From: an uncultured virus (IMG/VR IMGVR_UViG_3300002068_000001)
Taxonomy: Duplodnaviria; Heunggongvirae; Uroviricota; Caudoviricetes; Crassvirales
DNA length: 64,000 bases
IMG/VR virus record: IMGVR_UViG_3300002068_000001
Reading direction: 5' to 3' (one strand)
The notes below the pieces were generated by a model. The model saw nothing but the letters and a program-made list of their open reading frames with translations, was not told the origin of the DNA and ran no database searches. Shown here piece after piece: positions 12,175 through 23,785 of the stretch. Within the stretch, counting starts at the first letter, position 1. The number at the start of each line of letters is the position of its first letter. A program made the position numbers and the translations under genes.

Positions 12175-12603
12175 ATGACGGCAGCAGAGAAAGCTCACAA
12201 AGAATTATAGGATGCTTAGGATAAAGCATTAGACGTAATAGGTAATGCAGCTACAAAGGCTGCTTCAGTTATAGCTAATGCCGCTGCAGAAGCTTTAAAA
12301 GTAACTAGTGTAAAAGGGTCAGATGACCACGATTTACTCATTAAATTGAGTACATAGATTGATCGACTTAGTGAAGATATCAAAGAACTAAAAAGTGGTA
12401 CATCTAAACGAATTGATGATTTAGAAAAAGACAAAGCCGATAAGAAGGAATTTGATGATTTGAAAATGGATTTATATACTACAAGAGAAAAAAGAATTCG
12501 CTCTTTAGAAAACAAAGTTGGTAATTTTTGGGTAACAGTTTCTTTATATTCTGTAGCCCTTGGAGCATTAGCTACAGTTTTAATAATGCATTTACTTAAA
12601 TAA
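12175..12603 (+). CDS. Holin-like coiled-coil protein with C-terminal TM (3 TAG=Gln)
   Basis: ...FWVTVSLYSVALGALATVLIMHLLK; directly upstream of endolysin. Confidence 0.55.
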
Positions 12604-12605
12604 AT

Positions 12606-13043
12606 ATGAGTCATTTAAGTGAAAACTTTTCAATAGAAGAAGCAACCAGATCTAGTAAAGCAATAGAATTAAAGATTGATAATTCAATGCCTAAACTAAT
12701 TGAGAAAGATGCAGATTGGTTTGCAGATACAGTGTTATAGCCAATTAGAACTAGAATAGGAATTCCATTTGATATAACCTCTTGGTACAGATGTCCTAAA
12801 CTGAATAAAGCAGTTAAAGGGGTTTCTAATTCTGCACACTTATCTGGGACAGCTATTGATGTGGGAATTAGAGGTAAGACTACTAAAGAAGCTTTTAATC
12901 TAATTCTATTGGCTCTAAAGGACTTACATATCTCATTTGATTAGTTAATTGCTGAAAAGAATACAAAGACGGGTGTGACATGGGTACATTTAGCATCAAA
13001 AAAGAAAGGAAATAGAAATCATTCCTTTTATTTGAATGTATAA
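12606..13043 (+). CDS. Peptidase M15A endolysin (2 TAG=Gln)
   Basis: LSENFSIEE...VLQPIR...SWYRCPKLNKAVKG..NSAHLSGTAID...FDQLI...WVHL. Confidence 0.88.
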
Positions 13044-13087
13044 ATAAATAAAAAATTTATATGAGTATAAATTTAATCCTTAGTGTA

Positions 13088-13118
13088 TTGCTTAGGATTA
13101 GATTTTTACTTACCTTTG
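13088..13118 (+). promoter_or_regulatory. Bacteroidota sigmaA-type promoter for scaffold/MCP operon
   Basis: TTG-N20-TACCTTTG, overlapping a hairpin. Confidence 0.65.
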
Positions 13119-13148
13119 TTTTCAAGTTTTAAATTTAAAGGAGAAAAA

Positions 13149-14279
13149 ATGGAAGAACTGGATTTGAATAACATTCTTGAAGCAGACGAGATTGAAAATC
13201 TGTTTCAGGATTAGGAAATTGAGGATACCCAACCTGACAAAGAGGGTAAAGAAAAAGAAAAAGAAGTAACTACTGAGGTTGATGTTGAACAATTGTTTGA
13301 CGCTAAACCAGAGAGCGTAGGTGGTGAAGATAAAGAGGACAAGGGGGATACTGATTCTGACAAGGATAAAAGTTCTTCTCCTAAAAACTTCTACTCTTCC
13401 ATTGCCAAAGCCTTGAAAGAAGAAGGTATCTTCCCTGACCTTGATGACGAAGCATTGTCTAAGATTTAGACCCCAGAGGATTTTGCAGAAGCTACTGAGA
13501 AGTAGATTCAAAGTAAATTTGATGAGAGGTAGAAACGAATAGATGATGCACTGAATGCTAACATTGAACAAGATGATGTAAGAAAGTATGAAGGTACTTT
13601 GTAGTACTTGGATTCAATAAATGAAACAGCAATTACAGATGAGTCAGAGGTAGGGGAAACATTAAGAAAGCAATTGATTTATTAGGACTTCCTGAACAGG
13701 GGGTATAGTAAAGAGAGAGCTACTCGTGAAGTGAGTAAATCCATGAATGCGGGAAGTGATGTTGAAGATGCTAAAGAGGCTCTGAGCAGTAACAAGGACT
13801 ACTTTAAGACTGAATATTAGAGTCTTATTGATGAGGCCAAACAACAGGAAGAATAGAATACTTAGACAAGAAAAAAACAAGCTGAGGATCTAAAGAAATC
13901 AATCTTAGAAGATAAGAATTTCTTTGGTGAACTACAGATTGATAAGACAGTTAGGCAAAAGATATATGAAAATATAAGCAAGCCTGTCTTTAAAAACTCA
14001 GATGGTGAATTAGTAACAGCTTTGTAGAAATATGAATCTGAAAACAAAACTGAATTCATTAAAAATCTGGGATTAATCTTCACATTAACAGATGGTTTTA
14101 AGAACCTAGACGCTCTCGTAAAAGGTAAAGTAAAGAAGGAAGTGGGTAAAAGTTTGAGAGAACTTGAGAATACCTTTAATAATACTGCTAGAGGAGCTGA
14201 TGGTAATTTAAAATTTGTTACAGGTGTAGATGAAGATACAGAATCCTTCATAGGAAAAGGATGGAATATTGACGCGTAA
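13149..14279 (+). CDS. Putative capsid scaffolding protein (acidic, 376 aa, TAG=Gln)
   Basis: GGAG RBS; acidic N-terminus; immediately upstream of MCP; absent from ORF track because of TAGs. Confidence 0.75.
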
Positions 14280-14318
14280 TAAAACACAAAACAAATAAAA
14301 TTTCTAAATCAATAAATT

Positions 14319-16684
14319 ATGGCAGGTAAATTGGGTAAATACCAAATGGTAGGATTCCAACATTGGAAAGGTTGACCTTACGTTAAGCCTCCCTACATGG
14401 TAACATGCAGGTAAACATCGCGCAAAATCGGTGAAACCCTTCTACAAATGGGCAATACCGAGGTAAACTACACCCTAATAAGTGTAGCCACCGTAACGCA
14501 TAGAAGATGAAACTATTTATGAAAACAGGATTTATTTACATTATCAGGAACAATTCTAACAGCAAAGTTTATGTGGGTTAGACAAAAGTAGACATGAAAC
14601 TCAGATGGAAAGAACATTTGAGACACAGTGATTATGGAAGTCAACTTATAAACAGAGCAATGAAAAAACATGGGAAGGAAAACTTCTACATGGATTTATT
14701 AGAGAATTGTTTATTAGAAGAAATTGATGAAAGAGAAGTCTATTACATAGACTTATTTGATTCAACAGATAAGACAAAAGGATACAATGTAAGTATTGGT
14801 GGTAACACACCAAGGTTTAAAAGACAAATCATCGACACAGAATTACTATTGGATTTATACTTGAATTAGAATTGGACTCTTGAGAAATTGGGAGAACATT
14901 TCAAAGTCACAAGATATATAATCTATACAGAGTTAATTAATCAAAAAGTCGAGATTAGAAAAAGGGGATTAACTAATTGTAAATACAATACGATTAGCAA
15001 GTCTGAGATCCTAGAGTTATTTAACAATAACTTTAGTATGAGATCTGCAGCAAAGCAAGTTAATATGCCTTATTCTACTTTTAGGAAATCATGTTTATAT
15101 CATCAAATAGAATATAAGCTTCCACGAGTGCACGACACCCTACTGGGGTGAAGATATATGCTGAGCTTACAAGATGATAAATTGTAAGAAGTAGAGGATA
15201 AAAAGCCTTTACGATAACAAATGTTAACTAAAGACAATCACTTAGGTTCAATTTTTCAGTTGGCTCCCCAAAAAGCAACTAACCTCATGGTATAGTTGTT
15301 AGCTTATTACAGAGGTAAGAGTCTGGATACATTCCTGAATCAATTTCCTACAAGGGAATTTGAGGATGATAGTGAATACTATTGGGATGTAATTGGTTCC
15401 TCTCGTAGGAATATTCCTCTAGTAGAAGCACGAGATGAAAATGGTGTAGTTGTTACATCAGCTTCTAGCAATTCAGGGGTAGGTACTGCTCCGTTCTATC
15501 TAGTATTCCCAGAAGATTGGTTCGCCGATGGTGAAGTAATCGTAGGTCACTTGAATCAGATCTATCCATTCCGTATCCTTGGTGATGCACGTATGGAAGG
15601 TACAAACGCTGTCTATAAGGTTGAACTTATGGGTGGTAACACTACAGGTTGTCCTGCAGAACGATTGCTTTCGGGTGAACGTTTCTCTATTGACTTTGCT
15701 CCTGTAGAAAAAGAATTCTCTAGAAAAGTTGGTGATGTTAGGTTTACCTCTCCTGTCTCTATGCGTAATGAGTGGTCTCAGATTCGTATTCAGCACAAGG
15801 TTGGTGGTAACATGCTTAACAAAAAACTTGCAGTAGGTATTCCTATTACAAAACCCACAGATAGTGGTGGTTTGACTAAGGATATTGCTACGATGTGGAT
15901 GCACAATGTAGATTGGGAAGTAGAACAATAGTTCTCTGAATATAAAAACAATGTACTTGCTTTTGGTACTTCTAACAGAAATTCCAATGGTGAATATATG
16001 AACTTTGGTAAGTCAGGTAATGTCATCAAGACTGGGGCTGGTTTGTTTGAACAAATGGAAGTTGCTAATACTATGTATTACAACACCTTTAGTTTGAAAC
16101 TACTGGAAGATGCTTTGTATGAACTATCTGCTGCTAAACTTGATTTTGGTGATCGTTACTTTGTAATTAAAACTGGTGAACGTGGTGCTATTGCATTCCA
16201 CAAAGCTGTATTGAATGTTATCTCTGGTTGGACTCAGTTCATGTTGGATAATAGTTCTATTGGTGTTATTGAAAAAGTTCAATCTAAACTTCACTCTAAT
16301 GCTCTATCTGCTGGATTCCAGTTCGTTGAGTATAAGGCTCCCAATGGAGTTCGTGTTAAGTTGGATGTTGACTCTTTCTATGACGATCCAGTTCGTAATA
16401 AGATCTTGCATCCGCTTGGTGGTGTGGCTATGTCCTATCGTTATGATATCATGTATATCGGTACAATGGACCAACCCAATATCTTCAAATGTAAGATTAA
16501 AGGTGACACTGAATATCGTGGATATCAATGGGGTTTACGTAATCCTTTCACTGGTCAAAAGGGTAATCCTTATATGTCCTTTGATGAAGATTCTGCTGTA
16601 ATACACAGAATGGCTACGTTGGGTCTTTGCGTACTAGATCCGACACGAACAATGTCTTTGATTCCTGCTGTATTGCAGGCTTGA
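14319..16684 (+). CDS. Major capsid protein, spliced: exon 1 14319-14372, exon 2 15224-16684 (504 aa, 2 TAG=Gln)
   Basis: Spliced product MAGKLGKYQMVGFQHWKG|LTKDNHLGSIFQLAPQKATNLMVQLLAYYRGKSLDTFL matches the crAss001-type MCP N-terminus as recalled. Confidence 0.92.
14373..15223 (+). mobile_element. Group I self-splicing intron in the MCP gene (851 nt)
   Basis: 5' exon ends in U, intron ends in G; IGS GTTAAGCCT (14382-14390) pairs with exon 1 AGGT (P1, U.G) and exon 2 TTAAC (P10); P7 GCATA 14498 / TATGC 15157; P8 and P9 hairpins. Confidence 0.9.
14519..15151 (+). CDS. Intron-encoded GIY-YIG homing endonuclease (210 aa, 2 TAG=Gln)
   Basis: MKTGFIYIIRNNSNSKVYVG(TAG=Q)T...RWKEH...EREVYYI...GYN; C-terminal HTH-like segments. 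Confidence 0.9.
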
Positions 16685-16694
16685 TAATTAACCA

Positions 16695-16729
16695 AAGGGG
16701 AGGGAGTTACTTCCTTCCCCTTATTTTTT
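16695..16729 (+). terminator. Intrinsic terminator after MCP
   Basis: AAGGGGAGGGAG/TTCCTTCCCCTT stem + T-run. Confidence 0.85.
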
Positions 16730-16744
16730 AAAATTTTAGGAGAA

Positions 16745-17758
16745 ATGGCAAAAGAAAAAATGGAAGAAAAAGTAGGGTACGAGGAATAGAATTTCATCGT
16801 AGATGATATCGTTGCGGAGTTACCCTTGCAAATGGTTCAAAGTGAAGAACCTATTAAAGTGAAAGAAACGTATAAGAAGTCTATACCAGTTGTAGAACAA
16901 GACGTGTTGTTGAATTGTTTAAGGAACGAAAGAGTCATTGTAAGACACATTCCTAAAGAAGGTGGTATGGTAGGTCCAAATCCTAAACATATCCTTTCTG
17001 GGGGCATGGCTGAGAGTGCAGTGAGGTATTTTACAATACCTAGACTATCCTCTGGGATGTATGTAAATGTACTAACAGATGATGAGAAAACTTATCTAGA
17101 ACAAATCATGGGTCTTGAATATAATGCTTTAAGTATTTATAAGAAAGTAGATAACTATTGGGATAATTTTATGGTACGTCTTACTAAGTAGGACAATCTG
17201 TTTAATCTAATGGACCCAGATGATTATATTCGATACAAAGTACTCTTGGCAAACAAAGATATGATTGCACCTTCCCTATATGCATTACAAGATGCACCTA
17301 AAGCAACGTATCAATTTGTAATAATTATAGAAGGGGAAGAAAATAAAACTGCTAAAGACAATATGAGTACTACAATGAAGTGTTATAAAGAGTTTGGTAG
17401 GATTGAAACAGAAGCTGATGTATTGCGAGTGATTGTAGAAACAATGTCTAATAGACCTCTATCCGTAAATGAAAAATTGGATTCGTTACATACGAAGATA
17501 AACAATTTGATTCAAGGTGATAGTAAGTTGTTCTTAAAGATAATTACAGATCCTTTACTTAATACAAAAGTTTTAATCAAGAAAAGTATTGAAGCTGGTA
17601 TGATTTCTAATAGAGGTAATTTCTTGTATCTACGAAGTGACAATAGTCCTTTATGTGAACACAACGAAGAACCCACATTAAATATTGCAGCTAAATTTTT
17701 AAATAATCCCAAGAGACAGGATATTAAATTCTTGCTTGAGGCTAAATTAAAACAATAA
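16745..17758 (+). CDS. Conserved crAss-like protein downstream of MCP (337 aa, TAG=Gln)
   Basis: Fragments 16826 and 17210 in frame via TAG; GGAG RBS. Confidence 0.8.
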
Positions 17759-17760
17759 TT

Positions 17761-18771
17761 ATGACTACGGGAGAATTCTCAAACGAATTTGATCTACTCT
17801 ACAATAACATAATGAGTAACTCTGCTCCTGGATTAAATGAATATGAAAAATCTGTATTCCTTACTAAGGCTTAGAGTGAAATCATATTCAATCATTTTAA
17901 TCCAAATGGCAATAAATATAAAGAGGGTTTTGATAATTCTCCTAAAAGACAGATAGATTTTTCTGAATTGATTATGCAATCTGGTAATATAGTAACAGGT
18001 GTGAATGCTTCTGGAACTATTGGTGGAGTCTATTTTTACGCTAGAGAAGCTGGTACACTTGGTAATTCAATTACAATAACAACAACTATTACTAATGGAA
18101 CTCCTTCCGCATCAGTCACAGGTACAGCAATTACATTAAACTGTAGTGCTACTGCAACTATTGCAACGATTAAAGGATTGTTAAATGCTGAAAGTCTTAT
18201 AAGATATTTATTGAATGTTGATAAAACAGTAATCACAACTACTCCAATATCAGCGACTGGACCTACTGCATTGACTGGTGGAACTGCTACAAGTGTAACT
18301 CCGTTTGATTTAAGAGGTCAAATATTTGTATTACCTGCTAATGTTCTTTTAATTCTCAATGAAGTTTATACAAATAATTCTATAACTTATAGAGTTGTTC
18401 CAATAGACTATCAAGAATACGATAGATTAATGTCTAAACCATTTAAGGAACCTTTGAAATATCAAGTATGGCGACTTATTAAAGATGGTGCAACTGCAGG
18501 TATTCCTAATATAGAAATCATTCCTCATACTGGAACAGCTATTAATTCTACTTATAATGTTAGATATATCAAAAGACCTTAGCCAATCATATTAGTAAAT
18601 CTGACAAGTGTATATGATGGTTTGACTATTGATGGAATCACAACTGTTACAGAATGTGAATTGAATCCAATAGTACACAGAGAAATATTAGATAGAGCTA
18701 TTGAAATAGCTAAGGCTGCTTATATAGGCGATCTAAATAGTACAGTACAACTTAATCAAAGAAATGAATAA
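17761..18771 (+). CDS. Tail ring protein paralogue A with inserted domain (336 aa)
   Basis: MTTGEFSNEFDLLYNN...EYEKSVFLTKAQ...YIKRPQPII...ECELNPIVHREILDRAIE. Confidence 0.82.
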
Positions 18772-19739
18772 TGACCACACAAGAATTTTCAAACGCATTT
18801 GACACTCTATTAAATAGTTATAGAGACATAAAGAACTTTGGTAATACCACAAGTCCTTATTCTCTAGAGCTCGATGAATATGAGAAGTCAATTTTGCTTA
18901 CACAAGCTCAAGATATAATTGTAAAATCTTATTTTGATAGAACTCTTAATCCACAAGGTTAGGGTTTTGATGAAACAGAACGTAGATAGATTGATTTTTC
19001 TGAATTGATTACTATTAATAAACCTAGTATCAAAGGTACTGTTGGGGGTATTACATTAAGTTCTCCAAACACATTATACACCTTTAAAGTAAATGCTGCT
19101 GGTACTGAAGCTGTTCATAATACAAGTAATGTAATTACAATTACTCCCGCTTCAACTGGGGGGACAATATCTACATTATAGGCTAAATTTATTACAGAAG
19201 GTATTACTGATGTTACAGTAATTGCATTAGGCACACTAACTGTTGTATCAACGGCAATTAAATTGGCTTCATCTGAAATAAGATATGATGATAGAAGTAG
19301 TTTATACTTAATGCCAACTAATGTTTTATTCATGTTAAATGAAAAAATCATAAGTGGCACAATCACTAAGAAAACATATATTATAGTTCCGATAAATTAT
19401 AAAGAATATGATAGAATGATGTCTAAACCATTTGGTCAACCTTTGAAAAAATAGTGTTGGCGATTGTTTTAGAATGTATCTGGAATAGATTTATATTCAG
19501 AATTAATTCCAGTAATAGGTGTTACAATAGATGATTATATTATTAGATATGTAAAAAGACCAAGACCTATTGTTTTAACTGATTTAACACAAGGTACTTA
19601 TAGTTCAGGACTAACAATTGATGGTGTAGTAGTTACAACAGAATGTGAATTGAATCCTATCATCCATGTAGATATATTAAACAAAGCTGTTGAACTTGCT
19701 TTCTCAAGATTTGGAGCATCTCCTAAAGAACAAAAATAA
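18771..19739 (+). CDS. Tail ring protein paralogue B with inserted domain (322 aa)
   Basis: MTTQEFSNAFD...EYEKSILLTQAQ...YVKRPRPIV...ECELNPIIHVDIL. Confidence 0.82.
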
Positions 19740-19745
19740 TAAATT

Positions 19746-20459
19746 ATGACAACACAAGAGTTTTCTAATGAGTTCGATTTGTTACTAGACAGTTATAAAA
19801 ACTCTAATGAATTTACAAGTAAAGATTCAAGTTCTAGTATTGAATTCAACGAATATGAAAAGTCTGTATTTTTAACTCAAGCTCAAGAAGACTTAGTTAA
19901 AAACTTATACAATGGATACAATGTAGAATAGCAATCTTTTGAAGATACAGAAGAAGCTAGAAAATATTTAGCTAATTTTATAAAAACTGTTGTTATAACT
20001 ACCAAGACTACTGGTAAGACAGGTGTATCTGCTAATTCAGTATTTTATACTGTACCAGATGAGGTTTTATTCATTACATATGAATCTGTAAAATTTGATA
20101 CTACAAATGCCCCTTCTTGGATCAATGGTAAAATTGCTTCAGTAGTTCCTGTTAAACAAGATGAATATTTTAAAATATCAAATAGTCCTTATAAAGGAGC
20201 TAATAGTAAAAGGGTTTTAAGATTGGATATTGATCTTGTAGTAGTTGAAATCATTTCAATATACGGAATATTATCTTATACTGTGCGATACCTTGCAAAA
20301 CCAAATCCAATTATAGTAACCATACTTCCAACAGGATTATCTATCAATGGTTTGGCTGTAGTTACAGAATGCACAATGAATCCTATATTACATAGGGAAA
20401 TATTAAAAATGGCTGTAGAGTTGGCTTATAGAAGCAAATTATAGACAGCAACAAAATAA
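19746..20459 (+). CDS. Tail ring protein paralogue C (237 aa, no insertion)
   Basis: MTTQEFSNEFD...EYEKSVFLTQAQ...YLAKPNPII...ECTMNPILHREIL. Confidence 0.82.
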
Positions 20460-20491
20460 TTTTTTATTGTTTAATTAAATATTTATAAAAC

Positions 20492-21745
20492 ATGGCTACA
20501 TTTAGCTCAAATCAAGTTCGTCAACTTTATGTTGCAAAAACGTTACAGTCTGATATCATATCGACTAGTACTGCAGGTGATATCGCAGTAAAGTATGATA
20601 CCGCAAAGACTAACACGTATTTTAAATACATGAGTCCAGGTGGACAAACCCGCAGTGATTTAATCCCAACTGCAAACATTCTTTCTGTAAAAGTTACAGA
20701 TGCTGATAAACTTAAAAGGGGTTTGAAGAAAGTTACTCTTACTCTAGATTCTACTGTTAATAGTGGCGCTCCTATTGCTGGACAAGATTATATCTTGCGT
20801 TTGGCATTTAGAAATTACGTTGGATTGTCTGAAGAAGATCAATACTTCAAATATGGTGCAGTTCACGCTGTATCTGGAATGACTGCTGCTACATTCTATC
20901 AAACAATGTTGACTTCTCTTACACAGAATTTCTCTCGTGAAACTGAACAGATGCTATCATTTGCATTGGCTGGTGATATTGCTACTAAAGCAATGACTAC
21001 CAATACCGATGTAACAATTACTGCTAAAAATGCAGGTGTTCCTGGTAATTCTATTACTCTTGCTATTGCTTCTGTTGCTGCTGGTGCTGCTGCTGTTACT
21101 GTTACAGGTAATGCAATCTCTGTAAGTCTTCCTGCTGCTGGTAAAACAATTGCCCATTTGAAAGCCGCTATTGCTGCTTCTAATGCTGCTAATGCGCTGG
21201 TTACTATTACTGGTACCGACGCTACTGTTCTAGTTGCTGAGGCTGCTGTTACATTGGCTGGTGGTACTAACACAGGTATTCTAATCACAGAAGTTCCACA
21301 AGAATGGATTCTTGGTACTTTTGAATAGGTTCCTGTAAACTTTACAGTAATGCCTACTACAGTTGTATCTAGTGGTGATGAAGTAATCTGGGGTACAGTT
21401 ACAATTGAAACTCCAACAACTTATATTTACAATGGCAAGAAAACTGCTGATTTGGAATACTTTGCTGCAGGTGAAAAAGGAGATCAATATCGTATGATTG
21501 GTTGGCCTAATGTTATTAGAACTACTTACTTGGTTGATCCAGCAGTAGCTTATAATTACATTGATATCCATTACTTCTATGCAGGAAGTGGAGAAGGAGT
21601 TCAAAAATCTGAAAAGGATATTACTTTGGTAATTCCTAAAGTAGGTGCTACTAATTCGGCTAGTAATGTATTGACAAACAGTGTTATAGCTGTTCTAGAA
21701 ACTGCTACTGGATTGACAATTGCTGATCTCGGTACAGAATCTTGA
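20492..21745 (+). CDS. Auxiliary capsid (decoration) protein with inserted domain (417 aa, 1 TAG=Gln)
   Basis: NQVRQLYVAK...AGQDYILRLAFRNYVGLSEEDQYFKYG...ADLEYF...VQKSEKDITLV; resembles crAss001 gp36 as recalled. Confidence 0.85.
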
Positions 21746-21752
21746 TAATAAA

Positions 21753-21785
21753 TAAGGGGACTCACAAGGTCCCCTTAATTGTTTA
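21753..21785 (+). terminator. Intrinsic terminator
   Basis: TAAGGGGAC/GTCCCCTTA stem. Confidence 0.75.
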
Positions 21786-21840
21786 ATTACTTGACCTATA
21801 ATAATAATACTAATAGATACTAAATAAAACATTAATGTTC

Positions 21841-21871
21841 TTGCATATATGAAATTTTATTCATATCTTGC
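21841..21871 (+). promoter_or_regulatory. Possible sigmaA-type promoter for tail operon
   Basis: TTG-N20-TATCTTGC (imperfect -7 box). Confidence 0.45.
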
Positions 21872-21905
21872 AGGAATTTGTTATTTAAACTAATTTGTAA
21901 TACAT

Positions 21906-22562
21906 ATGAGCACATTTAAAGAAATTGTGTACTTAGCTCTAGAAGAGCTTAAATTGACTTCTGATGATAGTTACTACACAGAAGACCATATTCTATTCCT
22001 CTTAAATAAGTATAGAGCCTTCTTACTTAAATAGAGATATAGTGATATAAAGAAACAAATGCCTGAATCTAATTATTAGACTATAGGATTGACACTGGCA
22101 AATGCAACTGTATCTGGTACAACTTATTTAAAGAGTAGTGCTACAATCCCTTATTTGATGTAGATAGGTAATCCTAGAGTATACTCAACAGATTATTATA
22201 CAGGAGACATTGCTTTAGTTAGTAGAGATAGGATGAGATATGTTGGAAACAATAGATTCTTATAGAAGATGATATATTGTTCTATACACCCAGATTCTTA
22301 TATGTATTTTATATCTGCAACATCCTCAGTACTCACTTTAACCTCTGCTAATATTACAGCGGTATTTTAGGATTGTATTCAAGCAGCAAATCAACAAGAT
22401 GCTACATCAGATATAATGGATAAAACATTTCCTATAGAAGAAGCACTTATATCTCCATTAGTTGAATTAGTTATGAAAGAAATCCTTGGAGTTAAATACA
22501 TACCAAAAGATGATGAAAATAATGCATCTGATGATATGTCTAATATGCAAATGAAAAAATAA
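21906..22562 (+). CDS. Tail ring protein (crAss001 gp40-like), TAG=Gln
   Basis: MSTFKEIVYLALEELKLTSDDSYYTEDHILFLLNKYRAFLLKQRYSDIKKQMPESNYQTI. Confidence 0.82.
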
Positions 22563-23116
22563 TGGAATCACTGGAAGAGTATAGGAAGAAAATAATGCGA
22601 GTACATGATCCTAGAGAACATGAAATAAAAGGTTCTTATGGGGTTTAGGATGCCTATAGATTCTATATGAAATAGTGTAATGCTAAAAAAGAACCTTACT
22701 TAACATCAACTCAGTATTATAAGATAATACGTCTTACAAATAAATTGCTTGGTGAGTATATTGTGGACGGTGAAATAATCAAACTCCCATGTAGAATGGG
22801 TGAGATATTAGTAGGTAGATATACAGGTGGTCCTAGAATTGACAAAGATGGCAATTTAAAAATAGGGTATGCTGTAGATTGGAATAGAACTTTAGAATTG
22901 TGGCATGAAGATGAAGAGGCTGAAAGAGATAAGATTCTACTCAGACATGAAATTAAAGAAAAGGCTAAAGTATATCTTAGTAAGAGAAGTGCTCGTTTTG
23001 AAAATCAAACTTACTACAAATTCAAACTTGTGAGAATATTAAACAATCAAATAAAAAACAAATTAAAAGAAGGAACAATGAGTGGCTTCTTATTTAAACG
23101 ACCCAATTATGGCTAA
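22562..23116 (+). CDS. IHF-like conserved crAss protein (TAG=Gln)
   Basis: TAATG coupling; GEIIKLPCRMGEILV motif. Confidence 0.65.
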
Positions 23117-23783
23117 CCAACAAACATCAATAAAAACAACAATGGATCGCATAATGTAGCATCCATTACTATAGGACATTACATTAGAACAGGTAATAGA
23201 TATGACTGTTAACTTTATGAGATTAATGGGTACTCCTTCTATGTTTGAAGAAAAGGTTGCAACAGTAACTCTTGTAGACTACAGAGCCGACTTACCAATT
23301 GACTTCTATCAAGTAAATCAAATTAGATTTATTAATGAAGAAGGTATGTTTATGTTTAGACTTTCTAGTGATAGTTTTCATATGAGTGACCAACTTGAAG
23401 AAGTTATGGATTTGACTTATAAGATTCAAGGTTAGATGATATACACTACTGTAAAAGAAGGAACTATTGAATTGTCTTATAAAGCAATATCAACAGATAC
23501 CAACGGATACCCCCTCTTACCAGACAATTCAAGTTTTAGTAGAGCCTTAGAATTATTTGTGAAGAAGAGTTGGTTTACCATTCTATTTGATTTGGGTAAG
23601 ATTAGTTCTGCAGTCCTATAGAATACTCAATAGGAATATGCATTTGCTGCAGGCGATTGTCAAGCAGAATTTAATCGACTTAACTTAGATACAGCAGAAT
23701 CATTCTATAATATGTATTCTTCTTTACTTATCAGAAAGCATGAGTATCAAAGGGGATTTAGAGATTTAGGTAAAAGAATTTAA
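23109..23783 (+). CDS. Tail tubular/ring protein 1 (gp43-like), TAG=Gln
   Basis: Fragments 23202 and 23436 in frame; YRADLPIDF, GYPLLPDN motifs; upstream of muzzle. Confidence 0.8.
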
Positions 23784-23785
23784 TT

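Noticed and set aside
15296..15931. MCP starting at the TTG at 15296
   Set aside because: The frame continues upstream through TAG to 15224 and joins exon 1 by splicing
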